Positions 50,072-60,548 of a stretch of 64,000 nt of DNA are shown piece by piece. Positions within the stretch are counted from its first letter, which is position 1. Each line of letters starts with the position of its first letter. The DNA is taken from positions 896,001 through 960,000 of the forward strand of contig CAVQEQ010000003.1 of assembly GCA_963711565.1 (NCBI GenBank). Reading direction: 5' to 3'. The notes under the pieces are model-generated. The model had not been told where the DNA came from, searched no databases, and worked only from the letters and a program-made list of their open reading frames with translations. Made by a program: the position numbers and the translations under genes. This DNA is from an uncultured delta proteobacterium. GTDB lineage: Bacteria; Desulfobacterota; Binatia; Binatales; Binataceae.

Positions 50072-50971
50072 ATGTTCGGATTGCCGGATGAGTTTACGCC
50101 GGGATTTCTCGCCCGGCTCGAAAAGCTCAGGATCAGAACCCGCCAGCGCTATGCGGGGCTTGGCCGGGGGATGCACCTGTCGCCCAAGCGCGGTTCGTCG
50201 CTCGAGTTCAACGACTATCGCCACTACTCGCCCGGCGACGACTTCCGCTACATCGACTGGGGCCTCTATGGCCGCAGCGACAAGCTCTACATCAAGCTCT
50301 TCCAGGAAGAGGAAGACCTGCTGACGTACATCTTCGTCGATGCGAGCGCGTCGATGGGATTCCCGGCCGGCGACCGCAAGTTCGAATCCGCGATGCTGAC
50401 CGCGCTCGCGCTTGCGTACGTCGCGCTGGCCAGCGGCGATCGCGTGATGCTGCGTGTGCTCGGCGGCAAGGGCGCGAAAGTCGATCCTTCGTTCGTCAAC
50501 GGACGCCATCGGATCGTCGAGCTCGCGCGCCGTCTCGCCGATCTGAAGCCCGGCGGCCAGTTCGACTTCGCGACTTCGCTGGCGACCGAGCTGCTCTCGA
50601 TTCGGCGCGCCGGCAAGGTGTTTATCGTTTCCGACTTCCTGATGCTCCTCAACTCGGTCACGAAAGGCCTTGGGATGTTCACCGCGGCCTCGATGGATCT
50701 CACCGCCGTGCAGATTCTTGGCGGGCGCGAGCTTAACGGACAGGGGCTCGACGGCGACGTCGAGGTGATCGATTCGGAATCGGGCGAGCGGTTGCGCGTG
50801 TCGATCGGCGAGCGCGAGCGCACGCAGTATCGCGAGACGATGACGCGTCTGACGCGCGAAATAAAATCTTTCTGCCTCAAGCGCGGGCTGCACTACTCGC
50901 TTTACACGACCGACAACGACTTCCAGCAGTTTTTCGTCCGCGCGACGCGCGACCTCGGCCTGGCGCACTGA
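50072..50971 (+). CDS. DUF58 (VWA-like) protein
   Basis: GSSLEFNDYRHYSPGDDFRYIDW, DASASM, VSDF. Confidence 0.93.
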   Translation: MFGLPDEFTPGFLARLEKLRIRTRQRYAGLGRGMHLSPKRGSSLEFNDYRHYSPGDDFRYIDWGLYGRSDKLYIKLFQEEEDLLTYIFVDASASMGFPAGDRKFESAMLTALALAYVALASGDRVMLRVLGGKGAKVDPSFVNGRHRIVELARRLADLKPGGQFDFATSLATELLSIRRAGKVFIVSDFLMLLNSVTKGLGMFTAASMDLTAVQILGGRELNGQGLDGDVEVIDSESGERLRVSIGERERTQYRETMTRLTREIKSFCLKRGLHYSLYTTDNDFQQFFVRATRDLGLAH

Positions 50972-50982
50972 AGAGTTATACG

Positions 50983-52790
50983 ATGGGATTCCTCTACCCC
51001 GGCGCGCTCGTATTTTTCGCCGTCATTCCGGCGCTGGTGTTGGCGTATCTCGCCAAGGAGCGGCCGTCGCGCGTGACAGTCTCGAGCGTGATGGCGTTCC
51101 GCGCGCTGCGCGGGTTCCGACGCGAGCGTTTCGGTGGGTGGCCGCGGCTCGACTGGATGTTCTTCGCCGAGGTTTTCATCCTGAGCCTCGTCGTGCTCGC
51201 GATGGCGGGTCCGTTCATCTGGAAACGCACGGCGCCGCTCGCGGTCGTGCTCGATAATTCGGCGGCGATGCAGGCGTTGACGCCCTCGGGCAAGAGCCGT
51301 TTCGACCTCGCGCGTGAAAAGCTCGACGCCGAGTTGGCGGCCGAAAATGGCGCCGGCGAAATTTCCGTTTATGTCACGGCGCCGCAACCGCGCCGCGTCG
51401 CGCCGCCGTTCATCACGTTGACCGGGGCGCGACTCGCGCTGTTGCGCATCAAACCGAGCGACGCACCCAACGATCAGACGACGCTCGAGAACTTTCTCAG
51501 CAACCTCGCCTCGGAGGCGCGCGTCGCCAAGGTGATTTTCGCCGGCGCCAACGCGCTCGCGTCGCCCGTTCCCGCGCGGATTCATCCGATTGCGGTCGGC
51601 GACGCGGTCGCCAACGTGGCGATCGGCTCGTTCACACTGCGGCGCGAAGTCCTTGGCGCGGAGGCGCTTCACGCGAGTCTCACCATCGCCAACTTCAGCC
51701 CTGAAACGCGCACGCTCGATCTCACCGTGACCGGCGACGGCAAGGAAGTTGCGCATGCCAGGGAGGCGCTCGGCGCGCGCGAGACCGCGACGCTCGAATT
51801 TCCCGCGATCCCGCCCGCGCGGATTTACGAGGCGAAACTCGCCCCCGACGACGCGCTCGCGCTCGACAACGTTGCCTACGCGACCGCGGGCTCCGTCAAG
51901 AACGTGTCGATTCTCTTCGTCAGCCCGACTCCCGCCGACGCCGAGGGACTGAATTCGATTCCCGGCGTCGCCGTCACGGCGAAATATCCCGATTCATATT
52001 CGCCCGCCGAACTCGACAACTACGATCTCGCGATCTTTGAATACGCCACGCCCACGCAACTGCCCGCCGTGAACACGATGCTGGTGATGCCGCCGCCGGG
52101 CGATCCCGTCTTTGGCTTGTCGGTGACGCCGACTACAAGAGTCGAGATTGCCGGATGGCGCACGACCGACACGCTCACCGACTCGGTGAATTTCCGCTTG
52201 CTCAGCCTGCGCGGCGGCGAGTATTTCGGGACACATCCGTGGATGAGCCAGGTCGTCGGCGGCGACGGCGGCTCTTTGCTGTTGAAGGGCGAGCGCGGCG
52301 CGCATCGATTCGTGGCGACCGGCTTCAATCCGTTCCCGTATCTCGGGCGGCGCAACCTGCCGATGTCCGTGCTCACACTCAACGCGATCAGCTATCTCGC
52401 GGGACTCGGCGGCAGCAGCGGCAGCTACCGCACCGGACAGCCGTGGCTGGCGCCGGCGGCGTCGAGCAGGTGATCCTCCCGTCGGGAAGAAAGAAAGCCG
52501 CTCACCCCGGCACGCTCTTCACCGACGTGTCGGAGCAGGGAGTCTATGAACTGGTCGGTCCCGGCGGCGTCGAGACGCCGCGCGCGGTCAACCTGGCCGA
52601 CTTGACCGAATCCGATCTCTCCAGCTCGCCGCTGCTCAAGGTCGAAGGCGCGAACTCGGGTTCCGCCGCTGAGCCGGTAATGCAAAAGTCGTCGCTCAGC
52701 GACTACCTGCTCCTCGCGATAATCGCGCTGACGGCTCTGGAAGCCATCATCGTCTATCGGCGCCGGCGTATGATCGAGGCCGCGCAATGA
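50983..52790 (+). pseudogene. BatA-domain / VWA-like membrane protein, split by a -1 frameshift at ~52458
   Basis: MGFLYP...VSSVMAFR...LAMAGP BatA pattern, LDNSAAM; second frame continues GVEQV...GVYEL...AVNL...ESDL...TM...RRR and overlaps the next ATG (ATGA). Confidence 0.78.
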
Positions 52791-55363
52791 TTCCCGCGGG
52801 CATCCCGCACGATCTGACGTTCGCGCATTGCGAGGTGCTGTACCTGCTCGCGCTCCCCGCGCTCGTTCTGCTCTGGGGTCTTTTCAACGCACGCGAACTT
52901 CGCCGCGCGTTTGCGCCGCTGATACGGGCGATAGTGCTCGCGCTATTCGTCGTCGCGCTGGCAAATCCGCAGCAGGTGATGCATTCCGAGGGCGCGGCGC
53001 GGCCCGCGATCGTCGATGCCAGCGCGAGTATCACACCCGCCATGCGCGCGTGGACGCTGAAGCTGCTGCGCGACGACCTCGGTCTGCGCGCGGGAGATCC
53101 CGCTTACGTGTTCGCCGGCGACGTGGCGCCACAATCGATCGGCGGCGTCGAATCGGCGTTCGCCAACGGCGCCGGATGCGCCGAATGCAAGCCCGACGCG
53201 ACCAACCTTGAAGCCGCGCTCTACCGGATCGCCGCCGATCCCGACGCACACGGCGGCCCGGCCGTGATGGTGACCGACGGCTGGCAGAATCGCGGCGACG
53301 CCGAGCGCGCCACCAGCGCAATCGTTAACGCGGAGATTCGCCTAGACATCTTTACGCCCCCCGGCGCCCGCTCGATTCCCAATGTTGCGATGACGGCGCT
53401 CTCGCTGCCGCCCGCGCTCGAGAAAGCCGCGCCGTTCCAGCTCGGCGTCACGATGGAAAATCTCAACGACGCGCCCGTGACCGGCTCGATCGCAATCGAG
53501 CGCGACGGCGCCCTGATCGACGAGCGCAAGGTCACGCTGGCGCGCGGCTCGCAGCGCTTCGACTTCCCGGTCCGCACTGAAACCGCCGGCCTCGCTTCGT
53601 ACTCCGCAACCTACAAGCCCGACAATCCCGCCTTCGACGCGTACCGCGAAGACGACTCGCTCAAGGGATGGGTTGGAGTGGGCGCGCGCCGCAAAGTTCT
53701 GATTCTCACCGACAGCGCGAAGGACGCGGATTACCTCGGCACGGTCGTCAATCGGATGGGACTCGAACCGACCGTCGTGCCCGTCACCGGCGGGAGTTGG
53801 GACGGCCCCGTCGCCGGCTACGACGCGGTGCTGATCAACAATGTGCCGAGCGAACGTATCGCGCCGGCCGCGCAGGCTGCGATGGCGGCGTACGTGGCCC
53901 GCGGCGGCTCGCTCGCGATGATCGGCGGCGATACGAGTTTCGGTCTTGGCGGTTATATCGACAGTCCGCTCGAGCAAGTAATGCCGGTGACGATGAAACC
54001 GCCCCAGCACAAGGAAAAGAAGCGCGCGCTAATTCTGATTATCGACAAATCGGGGTCGATGGGCCGCGACGAGAAACTCACTTACGCCAAGGCCGCCGCC
54101 GAGACGGTCACCCAAAATCTCAAGGACAACGACCTGATCGGCGTTATCGGATTCGACTCGCAGCCGTTCGTCGTCATCCCGTTGCAATCGGTCGGACAGA
54201 GCCGCGCGTATTTCAATCAGATGATCGACCGGCTCTCGGCGCACGGCCAGACGTTCCTGATTCCCGCGCTGCGCGAGGCCGAACGCACACTCGGCAACAA
54301 CGGCGCACAGGTCAAGCACGTCGTAATCCTCACCGACGGCGAAACCGGCGGCACCGCCGAGATGTACTACGACCTCGTGTCGCGGATGCATCATGATGGC
54401 GACACGACGATCTCGGCGATCGCGGTCGGCACCGAAGCTAACGTCGATTTGCTGCAGGCGATCGCGAAGTACGGCGGCGGTTCCTACTATCAGACCGACA
54501 GTGCGAGCAATCTGCCGCAGCTCTTCGTCGAGGATTTTAAGGCGCATGGCGGCGAACTCACGATGGTGGAAAAAGAATTCACCCCGCGCACAGCAGATCC
54601 TGACCCGATTCTGAAGGACCTCGCATCGCGCCAGATGCCGCCGCTCAAGGGCTACGTCTCGACCGAGATCAAACCGCGCGCCACGATGGACATGTACGTC
54701 GATCGCAGCGACACGCGCGAGCCCGTAATCGCGAGTTGGAAATACGGCGCTGGCAAGGTGATGGCGGTGACGACGGACGCGAGCGGGCGCTGGTCCGGCC
54801 CGTGGGTCACTACAAATATTTTCGCGCCGTTGTGGGATCGGCTGCTTACCTGGATGACGCCGGAAATACCGACCGAACCGAAGATCAACGTCGCACTCGG
54901 CTACAACGCGGGCCGCATCAATATCAAGCTAACCGACTACAGCGCCGAGCCCGGCGCCGCGGCGCGGCTCGTCACGGTGCTCGTAACGCGGCCCGACGGA
55001 ACTCGCACTGAGACCGCGCTCACCGAGGAAGTTGTGGGCGAACTGTCGGGATCGGTTAACGCGCCCGCGCCGGGCAATTACTACTTCGAGGTGCGCTCGC
55101 CCGCCGGCAAGGACAAGAAATTCCCGCCGCTCGCCTTCACCGTCAGCCCGAGTGTCAACGCTGAATTGCCGCGCCCCGAGCCGAACTACGCCCTGCTCGA
55201 AACGCTGGCATCCGCAACCGGCGGGCGTCTCAATCCGTCGCCGGCTGAAGTCTCAACCGAGCGCGCGACGCTCGAGCGCCGGGTCTCGATGAATCCGTAC
55301 CTACTCGTCGCCGCGATGATTCTGCTGATCGGAGAAGCACTCGTCCGCCGCCTGACGGCATGA
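52787..55363 (+). CDS. Large VWA-domain membrane protein (BatA-like N-terminus, two VWA domains, glutamine amidotransferase-like insert)
   Basis: DASAS..TNLEAAL..VTDG; YDAVLINNV..GG..SFGLGGY; MIDAS DKSGSM..T..LTDG; C-terminal TM ending VRR. Confidence 0.88.
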   Translation: MIPAGIPHDLTFAHCEVLYLLALPALVLLWGLFNARELRRAFAPLIRAIVLALFVVALANPQQVMHSEGAARPAIVDASASITPAMRAWTLKLLRDDLGLRAGDPAYVFAGDVAPQSIGGVESAFANGAGCAECKPDATNLEAALYRIAADPDAHGGPAVMVTDGWQNRGDAERATSAIVNAEIRLDIFTPPGARSIPNVAMTALSLPPALEKAAPFQLGVTMENLNDAPVTGSIAIERDGALIDERKVTLARGSQRFDFPVRTETAGLASYSATYKPDNPAFDAYREDDSLKGWVGVGARRKVLILTDSAKDADYLGTVVNRMGLEPTVVPVTGGSWDGPVAGYDAVLINNVPSERIAPAAQAAMAAYVARGGSLAMIGGDTSFGLGGYIDSPLEQVMPVTMKPPQHKEKKRALILIIDKSGSMGRDEKLTYAKAAAETVTQNLKDNDLIGVIGFDSQPFVVIPLQSVGQSRAYFNQMIDRLSAHGQTFLIPALREAERTLGNNGAQVKHVVILTDGETGGTAEMYYDLVSRMHHDGDTTISAIAVGTEANVDLLQAIAKYGGGSYYQTDSASNLPQLFVEDFKAHGGELTMVEKEFTPRTADPDPILKDLASRQMPPLKGYVSTEIKPRATMDMYVDRSDTREPVIASWKYGAGKVMAVTTDASGRWSGPWVTTNIFAPLWDRLLTWMTPEIPTEPKINVALGYNAGRINIKLTDYSAEPGAAARLVTVLVTRPDGTRTETALTEEVVGELSGSVNAPAPGNYYFEVRSPAGKDKKFPPLAFTVSPSVNAELPRPEPNYALLETLASATGGRLNPSPAEVSTERATLERRVSMNPYLLVAAMILLIGEALVRRLTA

Positions 55364-55923
55364 AGAAACACGACCCCATCCACGCGAACCATCGCGTGCA
55401 GCGCGACTATCCCGCCAAGGCGAAACTCTGTCCGCTGTGCGGCGCCGCAATGGAGTCGCGCCTGCTGATGCCCGAAAACGCCGCGCGCAAAGTCTGCACG
55501 CGATGCGGCTTCGTGCTGTTCCCGGGACCCAAGCTGGTCGCCGGATGCTTCGTGATCGACACGGAGCGCGTGCTGTTGATCCGCCGCGGCATCGAGCCCG
55601 CCGTCGGCAAATGGACGTTTCCCGGCGGCTACGTCGATTTCGGCGAGAACGCCGCCGATGCCGCGCTTCGCGAAACGCACGAGGAAGTGGGGATGCGCGT
55701 CGCACTCGGCCCTTTGCTCGGAGTGTTCAACGACGCCGCGATCACCGTCGTCGTCTATCTCGCCACGCCCGGCAAAGAACCGCCATCTCTCACCGTCGAA
55801 GCGACCGAAGTCCGCTACTTCGGGCCCTCCGATATCCCATGGCACGACCTAGCCTTCCCCACCACCACCGACGCAGTGACCGCCTGGGTCGCCCTCGTGC
55901 GAGGAAGTAATACAAGTAGCTGA
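55360..55923 (+). CDS. NUDIX hydrolase with N-terminal zinc ribbon
   Basis: CPLCG..CTRCG; Nudix box GGYVDFGENAADAALRETHEEVG. Confidence 0.93.
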   Translation: MKKHDPIHANHRVQRDYPAKAKLCPLCGAAMESRLLMPENAARKVCTRCGFVLFPGPKLVAGCFVIDTERVLLIRRGIEPAVGKWTFPGGYVDFGENAADAALRETHEEVGMRVALGPLLGVFNDAAITVVVYLATPGKEPPSLTVEATEVRYFGPSDIPWHDLAFPTTTDAVTAWVALVRGSNTSS

Positions 55924-56008
55924 ACGGGTCGGCGAAAAATCCAACGATTTCGCTGTTGCCGCCGGTGGCATGGTCAAAAATCATGCTTAGGTTTATGTTC
56001 GGTTCGGT

Positions 56009-56635
56009 TTGGCGAAAATGAACAAGCGACACAAGCATCCTCAGGACGGAAATCCCGGCATGGATGGTGAGTTCGATCCGGCAAACGCCGGTTCCGAATC
56101 TGAGCAGGGCGGCGATTTAGAGGCACAGCTCGCCGAGAAAGACAAAGAAATCGCTGAGCTGAAGGACAAGTATCTTCGCACGCTCGCCGACTCTGAGAAT
56201 GCGCGCAAGCGAATCCGCCAGCAGAGCGACGAATCCGTGCGCATCCAGCGCGAGGCGATTCTCCGCGACCTGCTGCCGATCATCGACAACCTCGAGCGTG
56301 CGCTCGCGGCCGCTCGCAGCGGCACAGACGCCAGGACGATCGTCGATGGCGTCGAGATGACGGTGCGGGCGCTGATCGATTTCCTGCGGGCGCAGGGCGT
56401 CACGCCGCTGCAGTCGGTGGGGCAAGCCTTCGACCCCAATCGGCATGAGGCGGTCGATCACGTGGCGTCCGAGGTGCATCCACCGAACACGGTCATCGAT
56501 GAATTCCATCGCGGCTATCTGATTGGTGATCGCACGTTGCGGCAGGCGCGAGTCTCGGTCGCGAAGGGAAACGGGACCGATTCCGGAAAGCGAAACGGAG
56601 GCGAAACCGATGCTTCCGACGTTGAAAATAACTGA
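56009..56635 (+). CDS. grpE: Nucleotide exchange factor GrpE
   Basis: LRTLADSENARKR, LLPIIDNLERAL, FDPNRHEAV, GY.IGDRTLRQARVSV; start may be 56018. Confidence 0.95.
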   Translation: MAKMNKRHKHPQDGNPGMDGEFDPANAGSESEQGGDLEAQLAEKDKEIAELKDKYLRTLADSENARKRIRQQSDESVRIQREAILRDLLPIIDNLERALAAARSGTDARTIVDGVEMTVRALIDFLRAQGVTPLQSVGQAFDPNRHEAVDHVASEVHPPNTVIDEFHRGYLIGDRTLRQARVSVAKGNGTDSGKRNGGETDASDVENN

Positions 56636-56684
56636 AGCGTGATTATCTCTATCTTAAGTTCTATATCAGGGGACCTTTAGGAAA

Positions 56685-58616
56685 ATGGCAAAAGTTATCG
56701 GTATCGACTTGGGCACGACGAACAGTTGCGTCGCGATCATGGAGGGTGGCGACCCCGTAGTTATCGCCAACTCCGAGGGCAGCCGCACGACGCCATCGGT
56801 CGTCGCATTCACGGAAGCGGGCGAGCGGCTCACTGGTCAGATAGCCAAGCGCCAGTCGATCACCAATCCAACCAACACAGTTTTTGCGATCAAGCGCCTG
56901 ATGGGCCGGCGTTTCGATGACGCCGAGGTTCAGAAGGCGATAAAGGTGCTGCCGTACAAGGTCGTGAAGAACGACGACGGCGCGGCATGGGTCGAAATCC
57001 GCGGCAAGAAATACAGCCCGCCGGAGATTTCGGCGTTCATCCTGCAGAAGATGAAGCAGACGGCCGAAGACTATCTCGGCGAGAAGGTCACCGAGGCCGT
57101 TATCACCGTGCCCGCGTACTTCAACGACAGCCAGCGCCAGGCCACCAAGGACGCCGGCCGTATCGCTGGACTCAACGTGCTGCGAATCATCAATGAGCCG
57201 ACGGCGGCGTCGCTGGCGTACGGTCTCGACAAGAAGAAGGACGAAAAGATCGCCGTGTTCGATCTCGGCGGCGGCACGTTCGACATTTCGATTCTCGAAC
57301 TGGGCGAAGGCGTCTTCGAGGTCAAGGCGACCAACGGCGACACCTTCCTGGGCGGCGAGGATTTCGATCAGCGCGTCATCGACTACCTGGCCGACGAGTT
57401 CCGCAAGGACCAGGGGATCGATCTGCGCAAGGATCGCATGGCGCTGCAGCGGCTGAAGGAGGCCGCCGAGAAAGCCAAGACGGAACTGTCCACCGTGACA
57501 GAGACCGACATCAACCTGCCCTTCATCACTGCGGATCAGTCCGGACCCAAGCATCTCAATATCAAGCTGACCCGTGCGAAGCTCGAGGCGCTGTGTGCCG
57601 ACCTGCTCGACCGGCTCGATGCGCCGTGCGTGACTGCGCTGCGCGATGCCGGCCTCAAGGCCAGCGACATCAACGAGATCGTGCTGGTCGGCGGCATGAC
57701 GCGCATGCCTGCGGTGCAGGAGCGCGTGAAGCGCCTGTTCGGCAAGGAAGGACACAAGGGCGTCAACCCGGATGAAGTCGTCGCGATCGGCGCCGCAATC
57801 CAGGCGGGCGTGCTCAAGGGCGAAGTCAAAGACGTGCTGCTGCTGGACGTGACTCCGCTGTCGCTCGGAATCGAAACGCTGGGCGGCGTGTTCACCAAGC
57901 TAATCGACAAGAACACGACGATTCCCACACGCAAGAGCCAGACCTTCTCGACCGCGCAGGACAATCAGACGGCGGTCACGATTCGCGTGTTTCAGGGCGA
58001 GCGCGAGATGGCGTCGGACAACAAGCTGCTCGGCCAGTTCGACTTGATCGGAATTCCACCGGCTCCGCGCGGGATGCCGCAGGTCGAGGTCACGTTCGAC
58101 ATCGACGCGAACGGAATCGTGAACGTGCATGCCAAGGACCTCGGCACCAACAAGGAGCAGTCGATCAAGATCACCGCGTCGTCGGGGCTCAACGAGGAAG
58201 AGATCAAGAAGATGGTGCGCGAGGCCGAGGCGCATGCCGCGGACGACCATGCTCGCCGTCAGCAAGCCGAGGCGCGCAACAAACTCGACAACCTGATCTA
58301 TACGACCGAGAAGACGCTCAAGGATCACGGCGCCGAAGTTGACGACGCGGGACGCAAAGCGGTCGAGGACGCGCTCGCCGACGCGAGGACCAAGCTCGAG
58401 TCCAAGGACGCCGACGAGATCAATCGCGCGGCCGAGGCGCTACAGAACGCGTCGCACAAGCTGGCCGAGGCGATGTACAGCAAGACCAAGGCTGGCGCGG
58501 GACCGCAAGCGGCCGCTGGTCCACAGGATGGCGCCGGCGGCCAGAGCGGCAATGGCGAAAGCGGCGCGAAAGAAGACGTCGTCGATGCGGACTACAAGGA
58601 AGTCAAAGATCAATAG
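56685..58616 (+). CDS. dnaK: Chaperone DnaK
   Basis: [35 protein letters not shown]. Confidence 0.99.
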   Translation: MAKVIGIDLGTTNSCVAIMEGGDPVVIANSEGSRTTPSVVAFTEAGERLTGQIAKRQSITNPTNTVFAIKRLMGRRFDDAEVQKAIKVLPYKVVKNDDGAAWVEIRGKKYSPPEISAFILQKMKQTAEDYLGEKVTEAVITVPAYFNDSQRQATKDAGRIAGLNVLRIINEPTAASLAYGLDKKKDEKIAVFDLGGGTFDISILELGEGVFEVKATNGDTFLGGEDFDQRVIDYLADEFRKDQGIDLRKDRMALQRLKEAAEKAKTELSTVTETDINLPFITADQSGPKHLNIKLTRAKLEALCADLLDRLDAPCVTALRDAGLKASDINEIVLVGGMTRMPAVQERVKRLFGKEGHKGVNPDEVVAIGAAIQAGVLKGEVKDVLLLDVTPLSLGIETLGGVFTKLIDKNTTIPTRKSQTFSTAQDNQTAVTIRVFQGEREMASDNKLLGQFDLIGIPPAPRGMPQVEVTFDIDANGIVNVHAKDLGTNKEQSIKITASSGLNEEEIKKMVREAEAHAADDHARRQQAEARNKLDNLIYTTEKTLKDHGAEVDDAGRKAVEDALADARTKLESKDADEINRAAEALQNASHKLAEAMYSKTKAGAGPQAAAGPQDGAGGQSGNGESGAKEDVVDADYKEVKDQ

Positions 58617-58624
58617 TCACCGAT

Positions 58625-58648
58625 GGGGCCGCGCAAGCGGCCCCTTTC
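58625..58648 (+). terminator. Hairpin / weak terminator after dnaK
   Basis: ggggccgc-GCAA-gcggcccc-ttt. Confidence 0.65.
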
Positions 58649-58701
58649 ACTTGGCACCTGCAATGGCGTCGCCACCGATGTTCGCATAGAATCTTTGCGC
58701 G

Positions 58702-59838
58702 ATGCCGACAGCCCAAAAACGCGATTACTACGAAGTCCTCGGCGTCAATCGTGGCGCCGGTGAAGTCGAGCTGAAGAAAGCCTACCGCAGTCTCGCCATC
58801 CAGTTTCATCCCGATCGTAATCCCGGCAACAAAGACGCCGAGGAACGTTTCAAGGAACTCAACGAGGCCTACCAGGTCCTCTCCGATCCCGAACGGCGCA
58901 CGCAGTATGACCGCTTCGGTCACGCCGCCTTCCAGGGACCGCAAGGCGGTCCGGGTGGATTCGGCGGCTTCGACTTCAGCCAGGGCTTCGAGGAAGTTTT
59001 CTCAGACATTTTTGGCGATTTCTTCGGCACGGGCCGCGGACGCTCGCGCTCGCGCACCCGGCGCGGCGACGACCTGCGCTACGATCTCGAAATCGAATTC
59101 GAGGAAGCGGCGCGCGGGATTGAAAAAGTCGTAAAGTTCCAGCGCCTCACGCAATGCGAAGCCTGCAACGGTACCCGCGCACGCGGCGGCTCCAGCGGCG
59201 CACGCCAATGCCCCAATTGTCGCGGCAGCGGCCAGGTGCGCACGCAGCAGGGATTCTTCTCGATATCGACGACCTGCGGACAATGTCGCGGCGAAGGCAT
59301 GATCATTTCCGACCCGTGTCCCAAGTGCCAGGGACAGGGACGAATCCGCAAAGCCGAATCACTCTCAGTCAAAATCCCGCCCGGCGTGGACAACGGCTCG
59401 CGGCTTAAGCTGCGCGGCGAGGGCGAGGCCGGCTACGGCGGCGGACCGCAAGGCGATCTCTACGTCGTCATCCACGTCAAGGAGCACGAGATGTTCGTGC
59501 GCCAGGACAACGACGTGATTATCGAGGCGCCGATCAGCTTCCCGCAGGCGGCGGTCGGCACCGAGATCGAAGTGCCGACGCTCGAAGGCAAAGTTAAACT
59601 CAAGATTCCATCGGGCACGCAATCGGGAAAAATCCTGCGGCTGAAGGGCAAGGGCATCGTCGATCTTCACGGCTACGGACGCGGCGATCAGCTGATCAAG
59701 GTGATCGTCGAGACGCCGCGCAGCCTGACCGCGCGCCAGCGCGAGCTGCTCGAGGAATTCGCCAAGCTCGACGGCAAGGCCGTCAACCATCCGCTCTCCA
59801 AGGGCTTCGTGGACAAGCTCAAGGAGATGTTCGGCTAG
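58702..59838 (+). CDS. dnaJ: Chaperone DnaJ
   Basis: J domain with HPD, G/F region, four CxxCxG repeats. Confidence 0.98.
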   Translation: MPTAQKRDYYEVLGVNRGAGEVELKKAYRSLAIQFHPDRNPGNKDAEERFKELNEAYQVLSDPERRTQYDRFGHAAFQGPQGGPGGFGGFDFSQGFEEVFSDIFGDFFGTGRGRSRSRTRRGDDLRYDLEIEFEEAARGIEKVVKFQRLTQCEACNGTRARGGSSGARQCPNCRGSGQVRTQQGFFSISTTCGQCRGEGMIISDPCPKCQGQGRIRKAESLSVKIPPGVDNGSRLKLRGEGEAGYGGGPQGDLYVVIHVKEHEMFVRQDNDVIIEAPISFPQAAVGTEIEVPTLEGKVKLKIPSGTQSGKILRLKGKGIVDLHGYGRGDQLIKVIVETPRSLTARQRELLEEFAKLDGKAVNHPLSKGFVDKLKEMFG

Positions 59839-59878
59839 CCTGCGTGCCAAGCGCCACCAGGCGAAGGAGCGTAACGCT

Positions 59879-60088
59879 ATGGCCTGCAACTCGTGCGAAA
59901 GCAGCGGAAGATTCCGGGCTAGCTATTGTGATGACTGCGAGCGCTGGACCTTCCACGTCGATAAGCGCGACCTCCTTATCGCGGCGGGCTTAATGGTGGT
60001 TGGCGCGGTGGTGCTCCTTCAGCCAGAGCTTATCGTTGCGCCCGCCGGCATCATGTTCGCGAAGCGCGTAGTCGGCGCGCTCGTGTAG
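59879..60088 (+). CDS. Small zinc-ribbon membrane protein (hypothetical)
   Basis: RBS AAGGAG; CNSC...CDDC followed by a hydrophobic C-terminus. Confidence 0.55.
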   Translation: MACNSCESSGRFRASYCDDCERWTFHVDKRDLLIAAGLMVVGAVVLLQPELIVAPAGIMFAKRVVGALV

Positions 60089-60102
60089 TCAATTCCGCGC
60101 GC

Positions 60103-60513
60103 TCAGCGCGGGACGTGCACCAGTTCCAGCTTCAGGCCGTCGGGGTCGGTGAAAAACACCGAGTAGTATCCCGGCAGGTAGTCGTACTCCCTCGGCGGGT
60201 CGGTGACCTTGCCGCCGTTGGACGAGATTTTTGCAGCCAGCTCGTCGATCTGCTGGCGGCTCTCTGCCGCAAACGCAATCTCGCACAGGCCGACTCGATG
60301 GCGATGGAACTTGTCGGCGCGAAATTCCGGATCGGACGGCCGAACCCAGAGCGAGCCATGGTCGCCGAAATAGCCCGTCGTGACGTCGGTATCCGCCTGA
60401 TCGTAGGACATCGCCTTCGGATAGCCGATCTGCGGCATCAGCCACGAGTAGAACTTTTTCGCCGCCGCGTAGTCGTTGACGTTGACGATTATATGATCGA
60501 CTCCAGCGCGCAT
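60103..60513 (-). CDS. VOC / glyoxalase family protein
   Basis: GVDHII.NV.D...AKKFY, EIAF.AES, YYSVFFTDPDGLKLELV; RBS GGAGG. Confidence 0.92.
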   Translation of the reverse strand: MRAGVDHIIVNVNDYAAAKKFYSWLMPQIGYPKAMSYDQADTDVTTGYFGDHGSLWVRPSDPEFRADKFHRHRVGLCEIAFAAESRQQIDELAAKISSNGGKVTDPPREYDYLPGYYSVFFTDPDGLKLELVHVPR

Positions 60514-60548
60514 CAGGACACCTCCCACCAACTAACTCGGTGTGTGTA

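Noticed and set aside
56661-57755. 364-aa ORF antisense to dnaK
   Set aside because: Well-known antisense-frame artefact of hsp70 genes; no independent evidence
58651-58680. CIRCE-like TTGGCAC before dnaJ
   Set aside because: No matching right arm at 9-bp spacing
59150-59195. First DnaJ zinc repeat ends CxxCxGxR rather than CxxCxGxG
   Set aside because: All eight Cys are present; minor natural variation
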